The notes below the pieces were generated by a model, which saw only the letters and a program-made list of their open reading frames with translations, was not told the origin of the DNA and made no database searches. From contig CAVYXA010000003.1 in assembly GCA_963772365.1 (NCBI GenBank), positions 416,001-480,000 on the forward strand: 64,000 bases of DNA, written 5' to 3'. The DNA is from an uncultured Verrucomicrobiae bacterium (GTDB lineage: Bacteria; Verrucomicrobiota; Verrucomicrobiia; Chthoniobacterales; UBA10450). Made by a program: the position numbers and the translations under genes. Each line of letters opens with the position of its first letter. Within the stretch, counting starts at the first letter, position 1. Below are positions 48,373-57,551 of this stretch, piece after piece.

Positions 48373-48780
48373 ATGGCGCAACCAGATGAAGATCATCTCC
48401 GGCTCTTGTCGATCTTTCACTATGTAGTTGCCGGACTGGCAGGGCTCTTTTCTTTGTTCCCAATTTTTCACCTGATCCTGGGGCTCGTGTTCATTTTCGC
48501 TCCGGAAATTTTTGGCGACAAAGGACAACCGCCGCCGGCTTTCATCGGATGGTTCTTTGTGATTTTTGCGGCGATATTCATCACGACGGGCTGGGTGTTC
48601 GCTGGTTTTGTTTTTGCCACGGGCCGATTTTTGGCCAAGCGCAGACATTACATGTTCTGCCTTGTCATGGCGGCGGTAGAATGCCTTTTCATGCCATTTG
48701 GCACGGTGCTCGGCGTATTCACCATCATAATTTTGATGCGAGAATCGGTGAAGCCGCTTTTTCAACCGACTTCTGTCTGA
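48373..48780 (+). CDS. Hypothetical membrane protein
   Basis: Three to four hydrophobic segments; PFGTVLGVFTIIIL. Confidence 0.75.
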   Translation: MAQPDEDHLRLLSIFHYVVAGLAGLFSLFPIFHLILGLVFIFAPEIFGDKGQPPPAFIGWFFVIFAAIFITTGWVFAGFVFATGRFLAKRRHYMFCLVMAAVECLFMPFGTVLGVFTIIILMRESVKPLFQPTSV

Positions 48781-48806
48781 GCTTTTGTGGCCAGTTAAGC
48801 CGAAAG

Positions 48807-49526
48807 TCAGAAATGCAAAACTCGCGTCGGGCCGCGGGGATGGCTGGCAATGATTTGACCGTCTTTCATTTCGTGGATCCAATCGCACGCCTCGGCGATG
48901 GCGGGATTGTGCGTAGCCAGAAGCAACGCTTTCTCGCCTTGCTGGACAATTCCTTGCAACAACTCAAACGCCCGTTCGGAATTGTTTGTGTCCAGATTTC
49001 CAGTCGGTTCATCGGCCAAGATCACTGCCGGATCGTTTGCCAACGCGCGGGCAATGGCGACACGCTGTTGTTCGCCACCGGAAAGGTGTCGACTCGGACG
49101 TCGGATTTTCTCGCCCAATCCCACTGCATTCAATAGGACTGCTGCACGCTGTTTCATTTGTTCTTCGGAAAGCCGGCCCAGTTTGCGCATCGGGATCATC
49201 ACATTTTCCTGAGCGGTAAAATCCTCCATCAGGAAATGGAACTGGAAAATGAAACCGATCGATTCATTGCGCTTATGCGAAAGTTCGTTGTCCGCCAAAG
49301 CTGAGGTGGGCGCAGATCCGATTGAGACCTGGCCGGCATCGGGTTTGTCGAGCAGACCGAGGATGTAAAGCAATGTGCTCTTGCCGCAGCCGGACGGTCC
49401 CACCACGGCGTGGATGCTGCCCGGCTCAAGATCGAGGGATACACCGCGCAAAGCGTGGACGCGCTCCTCTTCTTCTCCGAGAAAGCGCTCGATGCCGCGA
49501 CAACTGAGGCAAGCTTCTCCGTTCAT
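48807..49526 (-). CDS. ABC ATP-binding protein (LolD/MacB-like)
   Basis: GPSGCGKST, IGFIFQFHFL, LSGGEQQRVAIARAL, ADEPTGNLD. Confidence 0.93.
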   Translation of the reverse strand: MNGEACLSCRGIERFLGEEEERVHALRGVSLDLEPGSIHAVVGPSGCGKSTLLYILGLLDKPDAGQVSIGSAPTSALADNELSHKRNESIGFIFQFHFLMEDFTAQENVMIPMRKLGRLSEEQMKQRAAVLLNAVGLGEKIRRPSRHLSGGEQQRVAIARALANDPAVILADEPTGNLDTNNSERAFELLQGIVQQGEKALLLATHNPAIAEACDWIHEMKDGQIIASHPRGPTRVLHF

Positions 49527-49536
49527 ATCACAAACG

Positions 49537-49613
49537 GCTGTAGGGTGCGCTGTCCTCAGCGCATTGGTTCGAACATCCGTGGTGAATCCGCTGAGGACAG
49601 CAGACGCTACAGC
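49537..49613. repeat. GTAG-type REP-like inverted repeat
   Basis: GCTGTAG…CTACAGC ends; 13-bp IR GCTGTCCTCAGCG / CGCTGAGGACAGC. Confidence 0.8.
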
Positions 49614-49677
49614 AAACTTGGCCGGTCATGGTTCATTCAATCGTTAATGGTTAAATCGTTAAATCGCTAACTGGGCG

Positions 49678-50916
49678 TCACACGCTCGAACCACGCAACG
49701 TCACAACCGGTGGAAGTTCCGCGGCACGGCGCGCCGGGACATAACTCGCAATAAAAACGGCGAGAATGGCAAGAAGCGTGGCCCAGAGATAATGATGCCA
49801 ATCCCACGTGACTAAAAAATAATCGGCATGAATCAAACCGCGGATATGAATTGGGATATGGGAGATCCCCCAGGTCATGAGCGCGCCGAAGATACAGCCG
49901 AGGAGTGATCCTGCGGCGGCGATGATCGCTCCCTGCCAGAGAAAAATCGCGGCGATGTCGATCCTGCGGTAACCCATAGAACGGAGGATCGCGATCTCCT
50001 TTACCTTGGAGAGAACAGACATTGTCAGCACGTTGAAAATGCCAAATCCAGCAAGCAAAATAATCAGCGAGACGGTCACGGCGGCGGAGATGCGCAGGGT
50101 CGTAAAGACTTGGAGAGTCGATTGGGTGCGTTCCTGCCAGCTTGCGGCCTCGTGCTCAAACAGCGCCTCGAAATGTTTGGCGAGCGCTGGCGCGCGCTGT
50201 GGATCGCGCAATTTATAAATGATGCTCGAGGCGGTGTATGGTTTTTGCAGCAATGTTTGCGTGATCCGGGCGTGAGCATACACGCGGGTCGAATCGATCG
50301 CGCCGATACCGGCTCGCGACATGGCCGCAACGGTGAACCGCCAATACTCGCCACTAGGCGAGAGCAATTGCACCGTATTGCCAATTCCCACGCCCAATGT
50401 TTCCGCCAGGCGCGTGCCAAGTATGACGGCCGAGGAGTTGTTCCGGAAATCATCAAAACTTCCGGCCACGATTTGATGAAGAAGATCGGTGGTTTGAGCC
50501 TGAAGGGCCGGTTCGATTCCGTTAAGATCGACAGTGGCGCTTTCAAATCCGGCGCGTGCGCTCACAGTTCCTCGAAGAAGTGGGCAACAGGAAACCACGT
50601 TTGAAAATTGCCGGCTCACCCGCATGATCTCGTTCGCGTTGGTGATTCCCTCGAAATAAAGGCGATGGGTAGATTTCTGCCTCGAATTTCGCGCATCAAC
50701 CATGAGCGGGTTGTAGCGCGGTCGGAACCGTTCCTGAAGAACCACCGCGCCGTTGCTTCCGATGGTTGAATCGATGAAATAACGGGCGAAACCCTGCGTC
50801 TGCGCTTGCGTGCTGATGAAAATCCCGACCCCAAAAACCACACCGCTCAGACTGAGAAGCAGAGCGCGCTTGCGATGAGTCAAAAACCGGAGCGCGATGT
50901 ATAATGGAGGGGTCAC
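49678..50916 (-). CDS. ABC permease, FtsX/LolC-E/MacB-like
   Basis: N-terminal TM, periplasmic domain, KVKEIAILRSMG, YVPARRAA. Confidence 0.9.
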   Translation of the reverse strand: MTPPLYIALRFLTHRKRALLLSLSGVVFGVGIFISTQAQTQGFARYFIDSTIGSNGAVVLQERFRPRYNPLMVDARNSRQKSTHRLYFEGITNANEIMRVSRQFSNVVSCCPLLRGTVSARAGFESATVDLNGIEPALQAQTTDLLHQIVAGSFDDFRNNSSAVILGTRLAETLGVGIGNTVQLLSPSGEYWRFTVAAMSRAGIGAIDSTRVYAHARITQTLLQKPYTASSIIYKLRDPQRAPALAKHFEALFEHEAASWQERTQSTLQVFTTLRISAAVTVSLIILLAGFGIFNVLTMSVLSKVKEIAILRSMGYRRIDIAAIFLWQGAIIAAAGSLLGCIFGALMTWGISHIPIHIRGLIHADYFLVTWDWHHYLWATLLAILAVFIASYVPARRAAELPPVVTLRGSSV

Positions 50917-52067
50917 CGCTGGTTTGCTCCCGGCATTTTGATTACCCGTTCGCGCACAGTTTGCCCGGGCCGGAATTTATCCAAATCGGTCACAATTACG
51001 CGGTCGCCCTCGGACAGACCGCTGATGATCTCCGAAAAATCGAGCGTCCGATATCCCACTCTTACGGTCCGCCGCCGAACGATATTATTTTTAATCACTA
51101 ACACTTGGTCGACAAGAAGAGCCCGGGTTGGCATGAGCAGCACGTCCTTGTGAGTACCGGTGATGATGTTCATCTCGCCGGTCATTCCAGCCATCAAATT
51201 GTCGGGGGGATCATCCATCTGAAGCACGATTGTATAACGCTGCGTTGTCGGATCGGCTGCCGGTTGAATCGAGGTCACGTGGGCATCGAAAGTTCGCGTT
51301 CGATACGCGTATAGCTGAATCCTGGCCGGCATTCCCGCTTTGACTTCGCCTACGTCTTCCTCGTTTACCTCACCCCGGACGTAATTCTTCCGCGATGAAA
51401 CGGTGAATAGTTCGTTGCCGTCCTGAACCAGCTCGCCGTCGATGGTAAGAACATTGGTCAACAATCCATCCATCGGCGAAGCGATCTCGGAGCTTTTCAT
51501 TTGCGCTTCGAGTTTCTTCACCGTCTGCTCGAGTTCTTCCAGATTTCGGTTGCGCTCGATCCGCTCGGTTTCGACTGCGCCGCGCAAACGATTCACTTCC
51601 GATTTCGCACGTTCATACTCGACCGTCGGCACATTGCCGGACGCGACAACTTTTTCAATCCGTTGTAGATTATCCTCCGCTGCTTTGAGCTGCTCCTCCG
51701 ATGGAAGCGGGAGCGCGGCTCGTTGCTGAGCCGCACTAAGATCGACACGCGCCTGTTTCAATTGCCGCGCAGTTGCTTCGTCGGCAATAGTCGCCAGCAA
51801 TTGTCCCTTTTGCACATTCTTGCCGATTGCTCCGCGGCCCGCTTCGAACGGTTCGGCCAGACGAATGAACCCGGAGTTTTGTGCCCGAACGTGAACCACG
51901 AACGACGGTTCGATCCGCACCGTTCCGTAAACAGCCGATATGGCCGTGCCGCGACGCACCTTCGCGACTTCGGCGACCGGCATCGTGAAATGGTACACGA
52001 TCGCGAACAGCACAATGAGCGCGATAACCCCGACCCATAAGGTTCTTTTTGATTCCGGCAATTTCAT
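50913..52067 (-). CDS. Periplasmic adaptor (membrane fusion protein, HlyD/MacA-like)
   Basis: N-terminal TM, coiled-coil hairpin, IASPMDG, GMTG, GLSEGDRV. Confidence 0.9.
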   Translation of the reverse strand: MKLPESKRTLWVGVIALIVLFAIVYHFTMPVAEVAKVRRGTAISAVYGTVRIEPSFVVHVRAQNSGFIRLAEPFEAGRGAIGKNVQKGQLLATIADEATARQLKQARVDLSAAQQRAALPLPSEEQLKAAEDNLQRIEKVVASGNVPTVEYERAKSEVNRLRGAVETERIERNRNLEELEQTVKKLEAQMKSSEIASPMDGLLTNVLTIDGELVQDGNELFTVSSRKNYVRGEVNEEDVGEVKAGMPARIQLYAYRTRTFDAHVTSIQPAADPTTQRYTIVLQMDDPPDNLMAGMTGEMNIITGTHKDVLLMPTRALLVDQVLVIKNNIVRRRTVRVGYRTLDFSEIISGLSEGDRVIVTDLDKFRPGQTVRERVIKMPGANQR

Positions 52068-52191
52068 CTCGGGTATGGCGACGTTCGACAGCGTACCCGC
52101 GGGAACGGTTCATCGAAAACTGCCCGTCGCGCGGGACCATCGTCACAAAAGCAACGATTAACGTCAATTGCTTCCCGTTGTTACTGAGAAG

Positions 52192-53502
52192 CTAATGACG
52201 GGGCTCTGCCTCTGAAAATTGAAAATATTGCCCTGTAGCGCGGTCCCATTCGGCCAGAGCGACATTGTACAAATAGTTCGCATTGAGCTGACCGCTCTTG
52301 GTTTCGAGATAGCCGTTTTCAGTGAGCCGATATTCCAGTGCAGAGGCTAGACCGCCGGCGAGGTTCTGTTCGACCGTGCGCGTGCTCTCTTCAGCAGCAA
52401 AGGTGGCAGAGGAAAACGATTTCTCACGCGCCTGGATTGCCAGCAAATCATTCCGAATGCGCAACAACTCGCGGGTCACATTCGATTCCAATTTGTGCAA
52501 CACGATCTCATTGATCTCGCGAACTGCGCGCTGCTTTCTTACCGCGCCGGTCACTTCGCCATTGTCAATGACTCGCCAGGTGTAAGCGGCTCCCTCCCGA
52601 GCTTCGGATGAAATCAGATCGTCCGTCCGGCGAGTAGATCCTTCCCGGTGGATTCCAGTGATAGGAACGTAATAACCGGTAAGACTTCCAGTTACAGCGG
52701 GATAATATGCTGCCTCGATGATGCGCTGGTCTTCATTCGCGGAGTGCACGAGAAGACGCGCCAGTTTGATATCGGCCCGATTTTCCAGCGCTGCTCTGGT
52801 TTCGGAATCAAGATCGACATCTTTTGGTGTGAATGCCAGTGCGCCCTCAGGATTGGGCAATTCGGTACCGGATTGCACATCGATGCCCATTTCTTCCGCC
52901 AGATTCAACCTCGCGTCGGCATAATCGCGTCGCGCGTCCTGGATTTCCGAATCCAATTTGTGCGCCTGCACGGTCGCGCTGGTGAATGCGCTGCGTTCGA
53001 CCAGCCCGGCTTCATACCGTTCTTTTTGGCTGGCAATGTTTTGATTCAAGCGCTGCTGCTGATCCTGGCGGAGCGATTCCAGCGAACGATTATAAAGTGC
53101 GGCGTAAAATGCCAACCGGGCGGCGTGGAGTTGTCCCACGATCGCGACGTTCAATTGTTGTTGCGCGATGAGAACATCGACGTCACCGCGTCGGAGCGAA
53201 GGAGGAATGGCCGCGTTAAACAATGGCTGCGCAAAGAAACCGCGTGCGAAGATAAATGCTTTCGTGCTTTCCCCTGCGCGCTTGCCGCCTTGAAGCCCGC
53301 CCGGAACATTCAACTGTGCCGTCGGCCACATGACGGAACGGAGAACAAGACGCTGTCCGGCGGCTTGTTCCAGATTGAGTTTTGCCCGTTGAATTTCCGG
53401 GTTTTTATCGAGCGTTGTCTGGAGAGTTTCTTCGAGTGTGATTGCATGGCTCGTGGCGACGCCAAAAAGAAATAGCACCAGAAACAGAACGCGTGGTCTC
53501 AT
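52192..53502 (-). CDS. TolC-family outer membrane factor
   Basis: Signal peptide, NPEI, RADI, twofold OEP repeat pattern. Confidence 0.85.
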   Translation of the reverse strand: MRPRVLFLVLFLFGVATSHAITLEETLQTTLDKNPEIQRAKLNLEQAAGQRLVLRSVMWPTAQLNVPGGLQGGKRAGESTKAFIFARGFFAQPLFNAAIPPSLRRGDVDVLIAQQQLNVAIVGQLHAARLAFYAALYNRSLESLRQDQQQRLNQNIASQKERYEAGLVERSAFTSATVQAHKLDSEIQDARRDYADARLNLAEEMGIDVQSGTELPNPEGALAFTPKDVDLDSETRAALENRADIKLARLLVHSANEDQRIIEAAYYPAVTGSLTGYYVPITGIHREGSTRRTDDLISSEAREGAAYTWRVIDNGEVTGAVRKQRAVREINEIVLHKLESNVTRELLRIRNDLLAIQAREKSFSSATFAAEESTRTVEQNLAGGLASALEYRLTENGYLETKSGQLNANYLYNVALAEWDRATGQYFQFSEAEPRH

Positions 53503-54881
53503 CGTTTGCTCAGGTTATCCGGCGGTCGGGTAAGATCGACAGCGTCCAGTTCGTTTTGTTTCTTACTCGCGCTTTCGGTATCGGTGTGAAAGTCGAGTGT
53601 CTGCGGTTGGGTAGCGCACGCCCGGGCCAATCGCGCTACGGCGACATTGTGCAGGTAAATTGCGCTCAATCGCGTGGTCCGCGTCCGCGTGACATCCGCG
53701 GCGGCTTGCAGAATATCGAGCTGTGTTCCCAAGCCCGCGCCCAGATTTGTCTTGGCAATTTCGAGAGATTCATCTGCGGTTTGCACGTTTTTTGTTTCCG
53801 TCTGGAGGACCCGGTCGGCTTGCTCGAGATCGAAAAATGCGCTGCGAACTTCCGAGGAAACGGAACGCCGGGCGGCTTCCAGCGCCTGCTGGGCAGCTTC
53901 GCGGCGAGCGCGTGTTGCCTGCAACTTGCCTTTGGTCGCAAATCCATCAAACACGTGCCAGTTCGCATTGATCCCTACGAGATAACCATGATTGAACTCC
54001 GGGCCGACTTCGGGATCGCGCTCATTATAAACTTCGTAGGCGGAGAAAAATTGCACCTGCGGACGCAGCTCGCTTTTGTCCAGAGTGGATTGTTCAGTCT
54101 CGATCGCGACGTCTTTTTCCCGCGCCTTGATTTCGGCGCGGTCCACATCAGCCCGCGCCAGGCATTCGTTCAAATCGGGATGGCGCGGATGATATTGCAA
54201 TTCCCCTGAAACGTCGAAAGGGGGCTCGGCGGAATCGGGGAGGAAATCGATGCCGCACAGTTCGCCCAGGTGCAGGTAGGAATTTTTTAATTGCGTTTGC
54301 GCGTTGATCAGTTCTGGGCGCTCATTGGCCAGGGCGACCTCGGCCCGGTGCACATTCAAAGTGCCGGAAATGCCGGCTTTCAGCTTTTCGTTCTGTGATT
54401 TCAGTTCTTCCTCCAGAACCCGCACGGAATCTTCGTGCACCCAGACCCGAGCGCGATTGAGAAGGATCTCATTGAAAGCGATCCTCACTTCCATCGTGAC
54501 CCGATTCGCAATTTCCTGAAATTCATACTCCTGTTTCTCAACGTTCAGCCGGGCGATGGCCATCTGGCTGGTTACTGCCCCTCCGGTATAGAGATTTTGC
54601 AAGAGGCGAATCGAAGCGCTGTAATCTTCGTCTCGCAATTGCGTTTCGCGCTGATGCTGGCGTTTGTCGATCAAACCCGTTGACGCGATGGAGGGGAGAA
54701 ATCCGGCACGAGCGCTCATTAAATCGCCGCGCGCGGCTTCGATTTGTTTCCGGGCAATGGCGATTTCAGGATTTTGGGCCTGGGCCAGTGCAACCGCCTC
54801 CTCGATCTTATAAACGGGCTTTGCGGCCTGCAACGAAGTGGCGAGGAGCAGAGGCGCGATGAGCCAGATCGCCGGACGCAT
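53499..54881 (-). CDS. TolC-family outer membrane factor
   Basis: Signal peptide from M at 54881, QNPEI, RAEIKA, WHVFDG, GLGTQLDIL. Confidence 0.88.
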   Translation of the reverse strand: MRPAIWLIAPLLLATSLQAAKPVYKIEEAVALAQAQNPEIAIARKQIEAARGDLMSARAGFLPSIASTGLIDKRQHQRETQLRDEDYSASIRLLQNLYTGGAVTSQMAIARLNVEKQEYEFQEIANRVTMEVRIAFNEILLNRARVWVHEDSVRVLEEELKSQNEKLKAGISGTLNVHRAEVALANERPELINAQTQLKNSYLHLGELCGIDFLPDSAEPPFDVSGELQYHPRHPDLNECLARADVDRAEIKAREKDVAIETEQSTLDKSELRPQVQFFSAYEVYNERDPEVGPEFNHGYLVGINANWHVFDGFATKGKLQATRARREAAQQALEAARRSVSSEVRSAFFDLEQADRVLQTETKNVQTADESLEIAKTNLGAGLGTQLDILQAAADVTRTRTTRLSAIYLHNVAVARLARACATQPQTLDFHTDTESASKKQNELDAVDLTRPPDNLSKR

Positions 54882-55081
54882 TTGTTTTATCTGCTCGCGA
54901 GGGCGACTTTTTTCAATAAAAATCCCTCTAGGCTTTATGGTTATAACAATCCTTGCAAGTGAATGCGAGCCAGTGCAGAATCCCGCCAATTTTCTTCGGT
55001 CCACTCCTTCAAAAATCACTTAAGTTGCGCTTGCTCCAACCCCGTAAGCGCAGCTAGCCTAGCACCTTTCATGAACCAAGA

Positions 55082-56185
55082 ATGAGAAAAATTCGAATCG
55101 CAATCGTCGGCGTCGGCAACTGCGCCAGTTCACTTGTTCAGGGAATCAATTTCTACCAGAGCACTTCGGGAGATGGCACGAGCATCGGCCTCATGCATCG
55201 TCTGATCGGCTCATATCAGCCGAACGACATCGAGGTGGTCGCCGCATTTGATATCGACCGCCGCAAGGTCGGCCTCGACGTAAGCAAGGCCATTTTCTCT
55301 CCTCCCAATTGCACACAGGCTTTTTGTCAAAAGGTTAAGCTCACCGGCGCGATCGTGAAGATGGGGTGTGTTCTGGATAGTTATGCCCCGCATATGGCGG
55401 ATCAGGATCCGCTTCGCACGTTCCTGCCTCTCGAAAAAGAATCCACTCGCGAGCAAATCATTGCCGAACTAAAAAATTCGTCCGCCGAGATAATGGTCAA
55501 TTATCTGCCGGTCGGCTCCGAGGAAGCCACCCGCTTCTATGCCAGCTGCGCGCTCGAGGCCGGTCTTGGTTTCGTCAATAATATCCCGGTCTTCATCGCG
55601 AGCGATTCGGTCTGGGCGAAGAAATTTGCCGATAAAAATCTTCCTCTCGTCGGAGATGACATCAAGGCACAGCTGGGCGCCACGATTTTGCATCGAATGC
55701 TTGTCGATCTTTTTCGGAAACGCGGCGTAAAAGTCGAGCGAACCTATCAATTGAACACCGGGGGTAACACCGATTTCCTCAATATGTTGAATCGTGCCCG
55801 GCTGGCTTCCAAGAAAACTTCGAAGACCGAGGCAGTCCAATCGGTAATGGCCGAGCGTCTGGCGGACGAGAATATCCACATCGGTCCGAGCGATTATGTG
55901 CCGTGGCAGCTCGACAATAAAATCGCCTTTATTCGAATGGAGGGCCGCCTTTTCGGCAATGTTCCGATGGAGCTCGATGTGAAACTTTCAGTGGAGGATT
56001 CCCCCAATTCCGCCGGCATCGCGATCGATTCGATCCGCTGTTGCAAACTCGCTCTCGATCGAGGAATCGGCGGTGCGCTACATTCGCCTTCCGCGTTTTT
56101 CTGCAAGCATCCGCCCGTGCAGATGACGGACGATGAAGCCTATCGCTGCGTCGAGCAATTCATCCGGGGCGAACGGGAGCATTAA
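55082..56185 (+). CDS. ino1: myo-Inositol-1-phosphate synthase
   Basis: GVGNCASSLVQG, NYLPVGS, GDDIKAQLGAT, YQLNTGGNTDF, EDSPNSAG. Confidence 0.95.
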   Translation: MRKIRIAIVGVGNCASSLVQGINFYQSTSGDGTSIGLMHRLIGSYQPNDIEVVAAFDIDRRKVGLDVSKAIFSPPNCTQAFCQKVKLTGAIVKMGCVLDSYAPHMADQDPLRTFLPLEKESTREQIIAELKNSSAEIMVNYLPVGSEEATRFYASCALEAGLGFVNNIPVFIASDSVWAKKFADKNLPLVGDDIKAQLGATILHRMLVDLFRKRGVKVERTYQLNTGGNTDFLNMLNRARLASKKTSKTEAVQSVMAERLADENIHIGPSDYVPWQLDNKIAFIRMEGRLFGNVPMELDVKLSVEDSPNSAGIAIDSIRCCKLALDRGIGGALHSPSAFFCKHPPVQMTDDEAYRCVEQFIRGEREH

Positions 56186-57464
56186 TCGCAGCCGCGGTTG
56201 CGGGAGCAGGCGCAGGGACCGCGTGTGGCAACGGGATACTGAAGCGGGCGCAATAACGGCTGAATCGGCGTGCCTCGGCCAAAACATCGAAGCCCGATTC
56301 AGCCAGAGCAGGTCTGAATCCACGGCCGCGATAACGTTCCCGACTCAATACCAGCGAGCGCATCCGATTCTCGGTCGATTCAGAGAGCGGAAGATCTAAT
56401 CGCTTGTAGATGCTACGGATCGTTGCCAGCGGATCAGCGATCAGCTCCCGGTATTGCACATCGATGAAGCGATCCCTTAGCTCCGGATGTGCGTCGCGAA
56501 ATCGCGTGATGCGTTCCATCGATTCGGCCAGACCCTCGGCTTCCCGTGCGCACAATTCGGTTCGATCCTGCGGGCGAGCAAACATACGGCGCAGAACTTT
56601 CGTCAGTTGAATTGACGAGCTCAGCACGTCGAGCGGATTACGATGCATTTGCACGACCATTGCATCTGGAAACGTTTGCCACAGCGGGTCAAGACCGCGT
56701 ACATGATCGGGCGATTTTAATACCCATTGTCTCTCTGGCCAGCCTTGTTGGAGATGTTGCAGGAAATGTTTTTGCCAGGCGTAGGCCGGGAGCGTGCCGT
56801 TATTGTGCAGCCAGGTTTCGTAACCCGGCACATGGAAGATCGACACGAATTCCTGCGATAGGAGCGAGTAACTGTGAATGGCCACGCATTCATGCGGCGT
56901 GTGCGCCCGCATTGGATAAACGGAATCGGCTCCAGGCGCCAGCAGCCGAAACCACCACAGGTTCATTTCGGCTTTCAAGATTCGCCAGCTCGCGCCACGA
57001 TTGGCCGGTTCCGGCGAGGGCAGGGGAAACATTACTTCCCAAAATCGCGGCGCGCGGTTGTCAGGATCCTGTGCCAGCAGTTCGTGCAAAAAAGTCGATC
57101 CGCTTCGCGGCATACCCGTAATGAAAATTGGGCGCCGCATCGGCCGCGAGTCGAGCCCACTCGCGTTCTTCCACGCGTCCAATAGCCGCAGACGCATTTC
57201 CAAGAGTGTCCGAATATGGAGCCGGGCTAGAAATCGACCGCGAGGGTGCAAGTCCGCTTCGTTTTCCAAGCTCTCGACCAAGACTGACAACGCGGGGAAA
57301 ATCGACGCATCACCGAAATCATCGAGACCAGTCCTGCGTCGGACGCAGGCGCATAATTCCTCTGCGTCGAGCGAATAGAACCGGCGAGCGCTCTCTAAAT
57401 TCCCGGCAATCGCTACGCGGCGGAGATCGTCATGGTTTTCGTCGCGCCAAAAAGAGGAAAGCAT
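56160..57464 (-). CDS. Sulfotransferase family protein
   Basis: 5'-PSB GMPRSGSTFLH, WVLKSPDH, 3'-PB HRNPLDVLSS. Confidence 0.88.
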   Translation of the reverse strand: MLSSFWRDENHDDLRRVAIAGNLESARRFYSLDAEELCACVRRRTGLDDFGDASIFPALSVLVESLENEADLHPRGRFLARLHIRTLLEMRLRLLDAWKNASGLDSRPMRRPIFITGMPRSGSTFLHELLAQDPDNRAPRFWEVMFPLPSPEPANRGASWRILKAEMNLWWFRLLAPGADSVYPMRAHTPHECVAIHSYSLLSQEFVSIFHVPGYETWLHNNGTLPAYAWQKHFLQHLQQGWPERQWVLKSPDHVRGLDPLWQTFPDAMVVQMHRNPLDVLSSSIQLTKVLRRMFARPQDRTELCAREAEGLAESMERITRFRDAHPELRDRFIDVQYRELIADPLATIRSIYKRLDLPLSESTENRMRSLVLSRERYRGRGFRPALAESGFDVLAEARRFSRYCARFSIPLPHAVPAPAPATAAAINAPVRPG

Positions 57465-57551
57465 TTTGTCTCTTAATCGCAGCCGACGTTGTTAACACGC
57501 GTCTGGAAATGACTGCAATTTCAATTCGCCGGGTGCTGCGCGGCTATGAAT

